Both the position numbers and the translations under genes were made by a program. 64,000 bases of DNA. Source: Deltaproteobacteria bacterium (GTDB lineage Bacteria; Myxococcota_A; UBA9160; SZUA-336). The notes below the pieces were generated by a model, which saw nothing but the letters and a program-made list of their open reading frames with translations, made no database searches and was not told where the DNA came from. Below, in pieces: positions 1 to 9,005 of this stretch (the first letter of the stretch is position 1; every line of letters begins with the position of its first letter). The stretch covers positions 5,121-69,120 of the forward strand of contig JAFDDB010000004.1 in the NCBI GenBank assembly GCA_019311115.1. The letters run 5' to 3'.

Positions 1-647
1 CGCCTGTAGCGCGCGCGAACGCTGGCCATGCGGTCGCTGCGGATCGCCTGGGTCACTTCGGAAGTGAACTCCTCGCTCGACAGGAACGCCGTCTGCTCCG
101 GACGCGCCCCGCGGATGGCGCGGCACAGATGCGACTTGCCCGCTCCGCTCCTTCCCGTAAGCAGCAGCGGACTGCAGTGACCGGCCTCACCGCGCGCGAT
201 CGCCCGCGCGGCTTCCAACGCCAGGACGTTGGCGGGGTCCGCTACGAAGCTGTCGAAGCCGGGCTCGGTCCGCGCCCTCGCGCTGTCGCGCGGGGGCGCC
301 GGCGCCGGAGCCGAACTCCCGTCCGCTCTCGCCCGCCCTTGCGAGGCCGGGCTCGCCACGGACGCGGGAGTCCGCGCCCGTACCGTGGACGCCGGCTCGC
401 GGCAGCCGTGCTCGTCGACACGAAACACCACGTGCTCGACGGCAGCGTCGATGGCGCGCGCGGACTCGAGCAGCACGTTCCCGTGCCGACGCGAGATCCA
501 GTCGCGGCTGAAACGATCCGGACACTTTACGACGAGGCTGCGTCCGTCAACGTCGCCTTCGAGCCCGCTGAACCAGGCGTCGAACGCAGACTGACCTACG
601 CGCGCCCGGACCGCGGTCCGGACGGCCTCCCACCCCCCAGTGAGCAT
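1..647 (-). CDS. dnaA: Chromosomal replication initiator DnaA, N-terminal ~215 aa; C-terminus continues beyond window start
   Basis: Minus-strand frame open from 776 to <1; absent from ORF track because it has no in-window stop. Hand translation: domain I-like WEAVRTAVRARVGQSAFDAWFSGL...LVVKCPDRFSRDWI, then FDSFVADPANVLALEAARAIA, Walker A LLLTGRSGAGKSHL and DnaA-typical FLSSEEFTSEVTQAIRSDRMASVRARYR. ATG at 647-645. Confidence 0.8.
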   Translation of the reverse strand, partial: MLTGGWEAVRTAVRARVGQSAFDAWFSGLEGDVDGRSLVVKCPDRFSRDWISRRHGNVLLESARAIDAAVEHVVFRVDEHGCREPASTVRARTPASVASPASQGRARADGSSAPAPAPPRDSARARTEPGFDSFVADPANVLALEAARAIARGEAGHCSPLLLTGRSGAGKSHLCRAIRGARPEQTAFLSSEEFTSEVTQAIRSDRMASVRARYR

Positions 648-930
648 TCCTGCGATATCTCCCCGTATGAGCCGATCCGCCGGGGTTCCAGCGGAAGGCG
701 ACTCTCCCACGACTTCCGGCCGACGGGCAAACTCGATTCGCGAGAGTTCAGCTTTCGCTTGAGCTTTCGGGCGGCGTCACCGTGGGAGTGGAACGGTTGC
801 GGGCGTGCACCGTCGGAAACGGGGCCCTCTCGCCGGATCCGTGCAACTACGGTTACACCTGTGTGAGACCGGGGCGTTACCGTGCACAGGATTGCACACA
901 GCGAATCGGCACAGCGCAGTGTGGAGCGAT

Positions 931-965
931 CGGCGAATTTCGCGGGAATTCGACGAAATTCGAAC
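931..965. promoter_or_regulatory. Nested palindromic motif cluster CGAATTTCG-cggGAATTCGa-CGAAATTCG in a low-GC region upstream of dnaA
   Basis: Sequence ggcGAATTTCGcgggaattcgaCGAAATTCGaacc; the arms are reverse complements and the centre contains palindromic GAATTC. Sits in the 648-979 AT-richer intergenic island. Confidence 0.4.
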
Positions 966-979
966 CGTTGCTATGTGAT

Positions 980-1648
980 CTAGTTGACGTTCTTGGGAGT
1001 GAAAGAGAGCTGTGACTCGGCCTCGCGGAACTCGAAGAGACGCCCCAGGAGGTGCGCGCGAGACAGTGGGTCGGGCGCTTCGAGCAGGCCCTGCTTCTCG
1101 AGCGGCCCGCAGTCGAGCCCGAAGGCGATCGCGTGCAGCAACGCGATCGGGTCGAGCGCCCGCATGCGGTCGGCGAGCAGGCGCGCCGCGTCGGGCCGGT
1201 GCGTGCGCGCGATCGAGAGCATGCGCCTCTCGAGCTCCCCACGCGCGCGCGTCAAGGTGAAGCGTGTCGCTTCGTCGAGCGCGTCAAACGCCGGGTCGGG
1301 AAGAAGCTCGGCCCGAACACTGCGGTAGGGAGCGTCGGAGTCCTCTTCGCACTCGATGCGGAATCGGCGTTCACCCTCGAGCACGAGCATGAACCGCCCG
1401 TCCGACAGCTCTTCGTGCTTCACGATGCGTCCGAGGCAGCCGGTGTCGAAGATCGGTGCGCAGGTCTCGCGCGGATCGACGTCGGGTTGGAGCAGCACCA
1501 TGCCGATCGCTCCCTCCCCGTCGATCGCGTCGCGCGTCATGGCGCGGTAGCGCGGCTCGAAGATGTGAAGCGGCAGGCGCACGTCCGGGAACAGCACCAC
1601 GTCGGGCAACGGAAAGATCGGGAATCGCGTCGGCAGTGGGGAGTTCAA
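980..1648 (-). CDS. Stand-alone Lon protease N-terminal (substrate-binding) domain protein
   Basis: PIFPLPDVVLFPDVRLPLHIFEPRYRAM matches the LON N-domain signature. ORF track 980..1879. Start is likely TTG at ~1648 (MNSPLPTRFPIFPLP); the upstream part of the ORF is low-complexity. Confidence 0.6.
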   Translation of the reverse strand: MNSPLPTRFPIFPLPDVVLFPDVRLPLHIFEPRYRAMTRDAIDGEGAIGMVLLQPDVDPRETCAPIFDTGCLGRIVKHEELSDGRFMLVLEGERRFRIECEEDSDAPYRSVRAELLPDPAFDALDEATRFTLTRARGELERRMLSIARTHRPDAARLLADRMRALDPIALLHAIAFGLDCGPLEKQGLLEAPDPLSRAHLLGRLFEFREAESQLSFTPKNVN

Positions 1649-1736
1649 CTCGGGCAGGGTATACTGACTTCGCCTTCCCCGGCCAGCGCTCTCGCGCGCC
1701 GATGCGCCCGCTCGCTGGTTCGTTGCGGGGGACCCG

Positions 1737-2300
1737 ATGGCCGGATACGGATCGAGGGGCAGCGCGGGGCGCGGTGAGTCACAGGCCGTGCTTCGGCGGC
1801 TGCGCCAGGACGGGCGGGTGCTGGCGCGCGCCTTCCGCCTGCCGCTGCGTGCGCTCGACGCCGAGCGCGCGAACGTCAAGCGGCGCTATGGCGTCTGCTA
1901 TGAGGATGGGAGCATTCGCATCCGGCTACGTCACGTCCGGACGCGCGAGCTGCTCAGGTACTCCGGGCTCGTGGACACGCTGTGTCATGAACTCGCACAC
2001 CTGCGCCACTTCGATCACGGGCCGCGCTTCCACGTGCTGTACCGCAGGATCCTGACTCACGCCCGGCGCCTCGGGATCTATCGTCCGGCGCCGCGCGCGG
2101 CGGCGTCCGGGCGGCGTCCCAGGAGCGGGGAGGGGCTGGTCCTGCGCGGCTCGTCGATCCTGCCGCTGGTGAGCCTCGAGCCACGGCGCATCCGGCGCCC
2201 TGGAGCGGGTCGGGCACGGCCGGACCCGGATGGACGAGCGGCCCGGGACCCGGGCGCCAGGCAGCGCCCGCGGCCGGAGCAGCTGGAGCTGTTCCGCTAG
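1737..2300 (+). CDS. DUF45/YgjP-like (M48-related) metal-dependent hydrolase
   Basis: HELAHLRHFDHGPRFH motif (HExxH...H...F) typical of the YgjP/DUF45 family. Confidence 0.55.
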   Translation: MAGYGSRGSAGRGESQAVLRRLRQDGRVLARAFRLPLRALDAERANVKRRYGVCYEDGSIRIRLRHVRTRELLRYSGLVDTLCHELAHLRHFDHGPRFHVLYRRILTHARRLGIYRPAPRAAASGRRPRSGEGLVLRGSSILPLVSLEPRRIRRPGAGRARPDPDGRAARDPGARQRPRPEQLELFR

Positions 2301-2314
2301 GTCCGGGGCAGGCC

Positions 2315-2515
2315 TCAGGCCGACTGCTTGTCGAAGTCCTCGAGGGTGTTCGGTCCCTCGATCACCTCGGCGGCGATATCCTCGAGCGCGATCGCCTTGT
2401 CCAGGACCTGCCGCACGAGCTCCGCAACCGTGAGCTCGTCGTACTCCTCGAGCGCGTCTTCGAGAGAAGACTCCTCAAGCGAGATGCTGACGTTGAGCTT
2501 GATGTCGATCGGCAT
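2315..2515 (-). CDS. Small (66 aa) highly acidic hypothetical protein
   Basis: Inner Met of ORF 2315..2677: MPIDIKLNVSISLEESSLEDALEEYDELTVAELVRQVLDKAIALEDIAAEVIEGPNTLEDFDKQSA. Preceded by a low-GC promoter-like island. Confidence 0.45.
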   Translation of the reverse strand: MPIDIKLNVSISLEESSLEDALEEYDELTVAELVRQVLDKAIALEDIAAEVIEGPNTLEDFDKQSA

Positions 2516-2610
2516 GGTTCCTCTGGCCTCCGAGGCGCACGGCCTTCTTTGGGGCGGGGAGTCTAACGTCGCCCGAACGGATTGCCAGCACTTTTTCGCG
2601 GCAAAACCCC

Positions 2611-2650
2611 TGAAATTGCGGCGGTTTGGCCGAATTCGTGCAGAATTCGC
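2611..2650. promoter_or_regulatory. GAAATTGCG / CGAATTCG / GAATTCGC motif cluster in a low-GC island upstream of the acidic protein gene
   Basis: tGAAATTGCGgcggtttggcCGAATTCGtgcaGAATTCGCa; the same motif family as at 931-965. Confidence 0.35.
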
Positions 2651-2693
2651 ACGACTCGCGCCTCGCTGGCGAGGCAAGAAATATCCAGCCCGT

Positions 2694-3713
2694 TCAGCCT
2701 AGAAGCAGCTCCACGCCGATTTCGAGAGCGACCTCGGCCGCGGCCGGGCCGGCGACACTGGGCAGCCGGGCCGCACCGATGGTGCGCCGGAGGATCTCGA
2801 CGCCCGCGTAGCGCCGGGCCAGGGCCACGTCCTCCGCCCTCCCACCCGACCGGCGATAGCCCTCGACCAGGCGCTCCGCGCCGCGGCTCCAGCGCGAGGA
2901 GTTCTCCATGGGCCCGCCCGCTGCGCAGATGAGCAGGTGGGCCAGGGCAGTCCCCAGGTCGAAGGCCGGGTCTCCCACGTGCGCGATCTCGGCGTCGATC
3001 AGCCGCGGCTTGCCGCGCTGCAGCATGACGTTGCCGGGCTGGGGGTCGCCGTGGACCAGAGCCGAGGCCTCGGCGTAGTAGCGCGCGCGCAGCTCCGAGA
3101 TCGCCTCGCGAACACCCGGCCGGGCGAGTCTACGATCGGCGGCCTTTCGGACGGCAGGCTCGAGCGGGAACGCGTCGGGCTCGTAGGGCAGCGCGAAGAT
3201 GTGCTCGCCGTGCAGGCGCCGCATTTCGTCGTTGGCGAACTGTGCCGCCAGCTGTGACGCGCCCTCGCGAGTCGCGGCGTGGACTCTACCCAGGTAAGTG
3301 CCGAGCGCGTCGAGCGCGTCATAGGGAACGTGGCCTGCGTCGAGCGCATCCGAGAGGCGCTCCGAGCCCAGGTCCTCCATCACCAGCACGCGAGAGTCCG
3401 CGTCGAACGCCAGGATGCCCGGAAGGACGGGCGCACACTCCGGTGCGCGCTCTGAGACGCAGGCCGCGTAGCGCCGCTCGAAGACGATTCGCTCGGTCGT
3501 GACGCGGTACTCGGGGAAGCGCTCCAGCGCCTCGCGAGCCTGCTTCACGATCCAGCTCGTGCCGGCATCCGGGCCACCGGTCACGCGCACGCGGCGCACG
3601 TAGTTGATGTTGCCGTCGCCGGCGGGCTCGACCCGGGCGTCCGCGGGTTGCGGAAGCAGTCCTCGGCTCGCAAGGTACTCGGGAAGGTTCTCGTCGGAGA
3701 GCCGCATCGCCAT
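2694..3713 (-). CDS. APH-family phosphotransferase, methylthioribose kinase (MtnK)-like
   Basis: GDGNINYV N-terminal motif, catalytic HGDPQPGNVM, and DAEIAHVGDPAFDLG resembling MtnK/APH kinases. Confidence 0.5.
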   Translation of the reverse strand: MAMRLSDENLPEYLASRGLLPQPADARVEPAGDGNINYVRRVRVTGGPDAGTSWIVKQAREALERFPEYRVTTERIVFERRYAACVSERAPECAPVLPGILAFDADSRVLVMEDLGSERLSDALDAGHVPYDALDALGTYLGRVHAATREGASQLAAQFANDEMRRLHGEHIFALPYEPDAFPLEPAVRKAADRRLARPGVREAISELRARYYAEASALVHGDPQPGNVMLQRGKPRLIDAEIAHVGDPAFDLGTALAHLLICAAGGPMENSSRWSRGAERLVEGYRRSGGRAEDVALARRYAGVEILRRTIGAARLPSVAGPAAAEVALEIGVELLLG

Positions 3714-3734
3714 CGGCAGTACGGGGAGTATGAC

Positions 3735-4298
3735 GTGGGAAGACAGGGCCTGCTGCCGTCCATCCTGGCCTTCGCCGTGCTGCTGGCGGCGAGCGCCTGT
3801 GACCGCCGCGTCGAGCCCTTCGTGGCGCTCGAAGACGAGCCCCCGGCCTCGGAGCGGCCCGTGCGCATCCCGGGTCTCGAGCAGGCCAAGCCGAGCGCTG
3901 CGGTACCGCCGATGGTGCGCCGGGGCAACCCGCCGCCCGGCGGCGAGACGGCGTCGGTACCCGGGGTCGAGATCCGCGGCACGATAGAGCTGGCGCCAGG
4001 CGCACCGGCCGGCGGCGAGGGCGTGTTGTTCGTGATCGCGCGCTCGGGCGCGGGGGGGCCCCCGCTGGCCGTCCGGCGCCTGCCGGTCGGACCGTTCCCG
4101 CTGGAGTTCTCGCTGGGTCCGGGCGACGTGATGATGCAGGGACGCCGCTTCGAGGGAGAGCTGACGCTGACCGCGCGCGTGGACCGCGACGGCAACCCGT
4201 TGACGCGCGGCGAGACCGATCTCTCGGGCAGCGCCCCGGGCCCGGTGACACCGGGCCAGACCGGCATCTCGATCCGGCTCTCGCCGGGCGGCGGCTGA
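3735..4298 (+). CDS. Predicted lipoprotein, hypothetical
   Basis: Probable GTG start with GGGGAG RBS; signal peptide plus lipobox LLAASAC; Gly/Pro-rich mature part. The upstream part of ORF 3648..4298 overlaps the divergent kinase gene. Confidence 0.4.
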   Translation: MGRQGLLPSILAFAVLLAASACDRRVEPFVALEDEPPASERPVRIPGLEQAKPSAAVPPMVRRGNPPPGGETASVPGVEIRGTIELAPGAPAGGEGVLFVIARSGAGGPPLAVRRLPVGPFPLEFSLGPGDVMMQGRRFEGELTLTARVDRDGNPLTRGETDLSGSAPGPVTPGQTGISIRLSPGGG

Positions 4299-4339
4299 TC
4301 GGGCTAAAGGCGTGGCGGATCCACCACGAAGCGGAAGAG

Positions 4340-5326
4340 GTGATGAGCGGAGCTTCTCTTCACGTCCACAGCGCCGCCGGCGTCGAGATGATCATCGCGA
4401 TCGATTCGACCGCGCGGGGTCCTGCCCTTGGGGGGTGCCGCTGGCGGAGCTACGAGGATCCGCTGGAAGCGCGCCGCGAGGCGCGCGCGCTGGCCCAGGC
4501 CATGACGCGGAAGGCCGCGCTCGCGGGCCTGGCCCTTGGTGGCGGCAAGGCGGTCGTCTGCGGTGACGCACGCCTCCGCACCCGCGATCAGTTGCTCGTC
4601 TTCGGCGACTTCGTCTCGTCGCTCGACGGCCGCTACATCACCGCGGCCGACATGGGTACCGGCGAGCAGGAGATGGCGGTCATCGCGGAGAAGACCTCGC
4701 ACGTGGTGGGCCTGCCACGCGAGCGCGGCGGCTGCGGTGATCCGGGTCCCTTCACGGCCCTGGGCGTCCGCATGGCGATGGAGACCGCGCTCCGGTCGCG
4801 CGGTCTCTCGCTGGCGGGCGCGCGGATCGCGGTCCAGGGCGTCGGCAGCGTGGGTGGATTCCTGGTGCGTTATCTCTGTGAGGCCGGTGCGGTCGTGATC
4901 GCCGCGGACCCCGACCTGGAGCGCCTTGGCGAACTTCCCGACGGCGTGGCCGTCGTGACGCCGGGCGAGATCCTCGACGTGGAGTGCGACGTGCTGGCGC
5001 CTTGCGGTCCCGCGCGTGTCATCGATGCGTCAAGAGCTGACGCGCTGCGTTGCGCCATCGTGTGTGGCGCGGCGAACAACACGCTGGCCGGCGACGAGGC
5101 CGCGGCCGTCATGCACGGGAGGGGCGTTCTGCTGGTACCGGACTACCTGGCGAACGCGGGCGGCCTGATCCACCTGGCCGTGTCGCGCGAGGGAGGCAAT
5201 GACGCTGCATCGCGGGAGCGGCTGCGCGTCATCCCCGAGAACCTCGACCGGGTCCTGGCGCGCTGCCAGGAGCGGGGCCTCGAGCCGATGCAGGCCGCGG
5301 AAGAGCTGGTCGAAGACGCGCTCTGA
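4340..5326 (+). CDS. Glu/Leu/Phe/Val-family amino-acid dehydrogenase (leucine/valine dehydrogenase-like)
   Basis: GGCR and GGGK motifs, Rossmann fold GVGSVGG; 328 aa. Confidence 0.65.
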   Translation: MMSGASLHVHSAAGVEMIIAIDSTARGPALGGCRWRSYEDPLEARREARALAQAMTRKAALAGLALGGGKAVVCGDARLRTRDQLLVFGDFVSSLDGRYITAADMGTGEQEMAVIAEKTSHVVGLPRERGGCGDPGPFTALGVRMAMETALRSRGLSLAGARIAVQGVGSVGGFLVRYLCEAGAVVIAADPDLERLGELPDGVAVVTPGEILDVECDVLAPCGPARVIDASRADALRCAIVCGAANNTLAGDEAAAVMHGRGVLLVPDYLANAGGLIHLAVSREGGNDAASRERLRVIPENLDRVLARCQERGLEPMQAAEELVEDAL

Positions 5327-5336
5327 GTGGCTGCGC

Positions 5337-6338
5337 TCAGCGGGTCTCGCAGGCCTGCGACATGCGTCGCACCTTGGGCGAGAAGCGGTCCGGATCCAGC
5401 GTCGCGTCATCGAGCCGCCCGCGCAGCTGCGTCCAGCTGTCGCAGGTCGCCTGCGCGTCATCGAAGGCGACGTGGACCAGCAGAAGGTGGCTGAAGAGGA
5501 TGCGCTGCTGGCGCTCGGTCCCGAAGGCGAGCAGGTCGGGCCGCAGCTCCTCGAGGGTCTCGCGCGCCACGTCGAACTCGCCCTGGTAGTAGGCCTCGAC
5601 CGCATCGGAGAGGACCTGCGTCATGTCTTCCTCGGGGGGTCTTCGCCTGAGGGGCGCCGGCGCGACGGGGGCGGGCGCCTCGGCTGCGGCGAGCGGCTCC
5701 TCGGGTGCCAAGGGCGCGATCGGCGGCTGCGGTGCTGGCGCGGCGGACACCGGGGGGAGTGACCCGGTCGTGGCCGATCCGCCCAGCGGCGCGTCATGCT
5801 CCGGGATGTCTCCGAACACCGGCAGCCGGAGCGCCTGCCGCTCGCCGATGCGGCTCGGGTTGTCGATCCCGTTCAGCAGCGCGAGAGCCGGGATGCGCTC
5901 GGGACTTCCGTACGTGCGCCGCGTCAGCACGGCCATGGTCTCGCCGCGCCGCACGCGGTGATGGAGCAACGCGGGGATCCGCAGTCGCGTCCCGGGCTCC
6001 AGCTTCGCGCCCGCGGGCTCCACGAGCAGCGCCAGCGCCGCCCCGAGCTCCCAGTCTCCCCAGTAACGATCCGCCAGCCCGGACCACTCGTCGCCGTTCG
6101 CGACCGTGTGGTCGTCGGCCAGCGGGATCTCGATGACGCTCCCCGCGCTGAGATGCCCTCGACCCAGCGAGTTGTGCACGCGCAGCGACTCTCCGAGCTC
6201 GGCCACTCCGTAGTAGCGCAGCGCGATCGACTCGAGCGTGTCGCCGGGCGCCGCGTTGTGCACGACCTGACGCGCTGCGGCAGACTGGGGCCACGCCAGC
6301 GTCAAGAGGACGGCGAAGACGAGTCCGGGTCGTGTCAT
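5337..6338 (-). CDS. Secreted LysM-domain protein (two LysM repeats)
   Basis: Signal peptide MTRPGLVFAVLLTLAWPQSAAA; LysM-like HNAAPGDTLESIALRYYG and HHRVRRGETMAVLTRRTYG. Start codon overlaps the upstream gene's stop. Confidence 0.6.
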   Translation of the reverse strand: MTRPGLVFAVLLTLAWPQSAAARQVVHNAAPGDTLESIALRYYGVAELGESLRVHNSLGRGHLSAGSVIEIPLADDHTVANGDEWSGLADRYWGDWELGAALALLVEPAGAKLEPGTRLRIPALLHHRVRRGETMAVLTRRTYGSPERIPALALLNGIDNPSRIGERQALRLPVFGDIPEHDAPLGGSATTGSLPPVSAAPAPQPPIAPLAPEEPLAAAEAPAPVAPAPLRRRPPEEDMTQVLSDAVEAYYQGEFDVARETLEELRPDLLAFGTERQQRILFSHLLLVHVAFDDAQATCDSWTQLRGRLDDATLDPDRFSPKVRRMSQACETR

Positions 6339-7615
6339 TCCGTGCTCCAGGGCGTCTCGCGCGGAATGAACGTGTGACGCAGTGTTCGCCGCTCGCCGGC
6401 GCGTAGCTCGAGCACGCGCCGCACCTCGCCGTGCGACGGGTGGTCGAGCACCACCTCGTGGGGTCCGGGCACCAGCTCCAAGGGCTCGGCCCGCGGTGTG
6501 TAGAAGGGCTCGCGGCCGTCGATCTCGACACGTGCCCACGGGTACACCGCCAGGGTCAGGGTGGCGGCCTGCGGCGGAGGCGGGAGCGCCGCAGACACGG
6601 CCGGAAGCGGCTCGGGCTCAGGGCCGGCGCTCACCCGGCCCAGCAGCACCGCGCCCAGTGCCAGCAGCCCCATCGCGCCGGCGGCCGCCAGCGCACGGTG
6701 GCGGCCCGCGCGGAGCGGCGGCCGGATCTGCATCGCAGGCGGCCTCGCCGGGTCGTCGTCGGCTTCGCCCGGCCGCAGGGACCGGGCCCGGCTGCGCACG
6801 CGGACCTGCCACATCCAGGTCGCGACCTCGGCGCGCTGGGTGCGGGCGTCCACCGGCCCGGCGGCCTCGCGAAGCCGGTGCATGACCTCTGCCAGGTCCG
6901 GGCGCAGCGCCGGTGACGGCGCACGGCAGGCGCGGATCAGCCGCTGCAGGCGGCGTGGCGCGTGGGCCACCTCGGCGTAGGCCGATCCCGGCCGGCGTCC
7001 GCTGACCAGCTCCTCGAGCAGGGCTCCCAGCGAGTGCACGTCGGCCCGGGCATCCACCCGCGCGCCGCGGCCGAGTTCGGGAGCCGCATAGGTGGGGTCG
7101 AGCTCCGAGGCGTCCACCGGCAGCTCGCCGGGCTCGCGGGCGCCGCCGAGTCCGTCCAGCTTCAGCTCTCCCCGACGGCTGACCAGGATGTGCTCCGGCC
7201 GCAGGTCCGTGTGGACCACCGAGTGCAGGTGCAGCTGCTCCAGCGCGACGGCCAGCTCGAGCGTGATGCGGGCCGCCAGCTGGGGCCGCAGGCGTTGGGA
7301 GCCGGTCTCGCGGGCCCGGTCGAGCACCTCGCGGAGCGAGCCCCCGTCCACGTACTCGCGCACCAGGTAGACGTCGCCGTCGCGCGCCAGGCAGTCGAAG
7401 ACCTGGAGCACGTTCGGGTGGGCGATGCGGGCGGCGAAGCGGGCCTCGCGCCAGAAGTGCTCGGCCCGTGGGCCGCTGCGGTCGCGGGGCAGGACGCGGA
7501 CCACGACCTCGCGCTCGAGTCCGCGCTGGCGACCCCGGTACAGATCCGAGCGCCCGGAGTCGAGTGGCTCGTCCACCACCACGCTGCCGATGGCCGTTCC
7601 CCTGGGAATACCCAT
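6335..7615 (-). CDS. Membrane Ser/Thr protein-kinase-like protein with a degenerate catalytic motif and a C-terminal PEGA domain (probable pseudokinase)
   Basis: Kinase fold: VVVRVL in place of VAIK, HTDLRPEH in place of HRDLKPEN, DGL in place of DFG, YAAPE; TM helix ALAAAGAMGLLALGAVLLG; PEGA-like TLTLAVYPWARVEIDGREPFYTPRAEPLELVPGPHEVVL. Confidence 0.65.
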   Translation of the reverse strand: MGIPRGTAIGSVVVDEPLDSGRSDLYRGRQRGLEREVVVRVLPRDRSGPRAEHFWREARFAARIAHPNVLQVFDCLARDGDVYLVREYVDGGSLREVLDRARETGSQRLRPQLAARITLELAVALEQLHLHSVVHTDLRPEHILVSRRGELKLDGLGGAREPGELPVDASELDPTYAAPELGRGARVDARADVHSLGALLEELVSGRRPGSAYAEVAHAPRRLQRLIRACRAPSPALRPDLAEVMHRLREAAGPVDARTQRAEVATWMWQVRVRSRARSLRPGEADDDPARPPAMQIRPPLRAGRHRALAAAGAMGLLALGAVLLGRVSAGPEPEPLPAVSAALPPPPQAATLTLAVYPWARVEIDGREPFYTPRAEPLELVPGPHEVVLDHPSHGEVRRVLELRAGERRTLRHTFIPRETPWSTE

Positions 7616-7664
7616 GGTTCGACGAGCACCATACTGGGCGCAGGAGCCTTGGCAAGGATCCCGC

Positions 7665-9005
7665 TCACTCCGTGGGACGCGGCTCCCCTGGCGGCTCGAG
7701 AGCCCCCGGGATCGAGCGGTAGAGCCAGTAGGCCGCCAGGTAGTCGAGCCCCGTGTAGCCGCGCTCCGGATCGTCCCGCCCATCGAGCCGGTACGGGTTC
7801 GACTTCCACTCGAAGCTGCTCCGCGGCCGGTCCGCGATGGGCACGATCACCGATGCCTGCGCCCTCCACTTGCGGCCGGGGATCCACCGCCGGGGCAGGG
7901 CCGCCAGCCGTTCGGGCGAGGGAATCACGGCACGCTTGTCGATCGGGAAGTCCTCGAGCACGGCGCGGCCGGCAGCCAGGGCCGCGCGATCGCAGGACTC
8001 GGGCTCGATCCGGCAGAGCAGGGCGGCGAAGTAGGCGTTGGGCTCGCCCCGGCCGCGCAGCCGCGCGCGGTGCAGGCCGTGGCGCAGCTCCGCCAGGGCC
8101 GGGTCCCCGTTGCGCCGCGCGATCGGCACCAGCGCGCGGTACAGGTTCCAGCTCATCAGGTCGTTCGAGTAGTTCGTCACGCCGAGGATCCGCAGGTTGG
8201 TGCGGCGGCTGCGCGCGGGAACGCGGAGGCGGTCGCGCAGCCGGTCGCGCTGGTGCGCCCAGCGCGGGTCGGGATCGAGCTCGGCCGCTAGCACGAACGC
8301 GGCCCATCCCGTCAGCTGGAAGATCGAGTTGAAGCCCGCCCCCGAGCGGTACGACAGGTCGCCGAAGCGCGTCTGCACGCCGCGTGCGTCGACCAGCCGC
8401 ATGTCGTTGCGGACCAGGTGCGAGGCGAAGTCGACCGCGAGTCTCCGCGTGCGCTCGGGAAACAGGTCCGCGCACTCCGCTATGGCGGGCACCAGCCCGC
8501 TCGCGTACTGGTCGGCGGACACGTCGGCCCGGTACACGTAGCGCTCGAAGCCCGGCGCCCCCGGCAGCCAGGGCCGGTCCTGCGGTGGCATCACGAGGCC
8601 CTCGTCGCGGCGCACGCCGCGCGCCATCAGGCCCTGCACGCCGGTCACGTCCATCAGGAAACGCAGCCCGTCGAGGGCACGGCGAGCGTCGGCCATGGCC
8701 GCGGCACGCTCGGGCCCCGCGGGCTCGACGCGCGCGCGCGTGCAGGACGTGGCTGCCCAGCTGCCGTTGAAGAAGGGCGTGTCGGCCAGGCGCGGATACG
8801 TGCCGCGCGCCAGGTCGTCCTCCCACGTCGGCAGGTGGATCTTGTAGATCACGAGTCCTTCACGCGACACGTGGCGCTCGTGCAGCGCAGCACGGAACAG
8901 CCTCGCCTTCTCCGCCAACTCGAGCGTCGCAGCGCCGACTTCGGCCACGGGCAGGGCGGCGCCGGCCGGGGTCAGCAGGAGGACGAGCAGCAGCCGCGCG
9001 ATCAT
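7665..9005 (-). CDS. Secreted hypothetical protein (~446 aa)
   Basis: Signal peptide MIARLLLVLLLTPAGAALP; no recognisable family; same strand and tightly spaced with flanking genes. Confidence 0.45.
   Translation of the reverse strand: MIARLLLVLLLTPAGAALPVAEVGAATLELAEKARLFRAALHERHVSREGLVIYKIHLPTWEDDLARGTYPRLADTPFFNGSWAATSCTRARVEPAGPERAAAMADARRALDGLRFLMDVTGVQGLMARGVRRDEGLVMPPQDRPWLPGAPGFERYVYRADVSADQYASGLVPAIAECADLFPERTRRLAVDFASHLVRNDMRLVDARGVQTRFGDLSYRSGAGFNSIFQLTGWAAFVLAAELDPDPRWAHQRDRLRDRLRVPARSRRTNLRILGVTNYSNDLMSWNLYRALVPIARRNGDPALAELRHGLHRARLRGRGEPNAYFAALLCRIEPESCDRAALAAGRAVLEDFPIDKRAVIPSPERLAALPRRWIPGRKWRAQASVIVPIADRPRSSFEWKSNPYRLDGRDDPERGYTGLDYLAAYWLYRSIPGALEPPGEPRPTE

Noticed and set aside
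129-866. ORFs 129..866(+), 229..594(+) and 187..525(-) over the first 900 bp
   Set aside because: They lie antisense to or out of frame with the clear dnaA reading frame and translate to Arg/Pro/Gly-rich low-complexity sequence typical of high-GC shadow ORFs.
931-2650. GAATTC motifs as evidence of an EcoRI-type restriction-modification system
   Set aside because: No methyltransferase or endonuclease gene is present in the window; the motifs are confined to two promoter-like islands and are better explained as regulatory palindromes.
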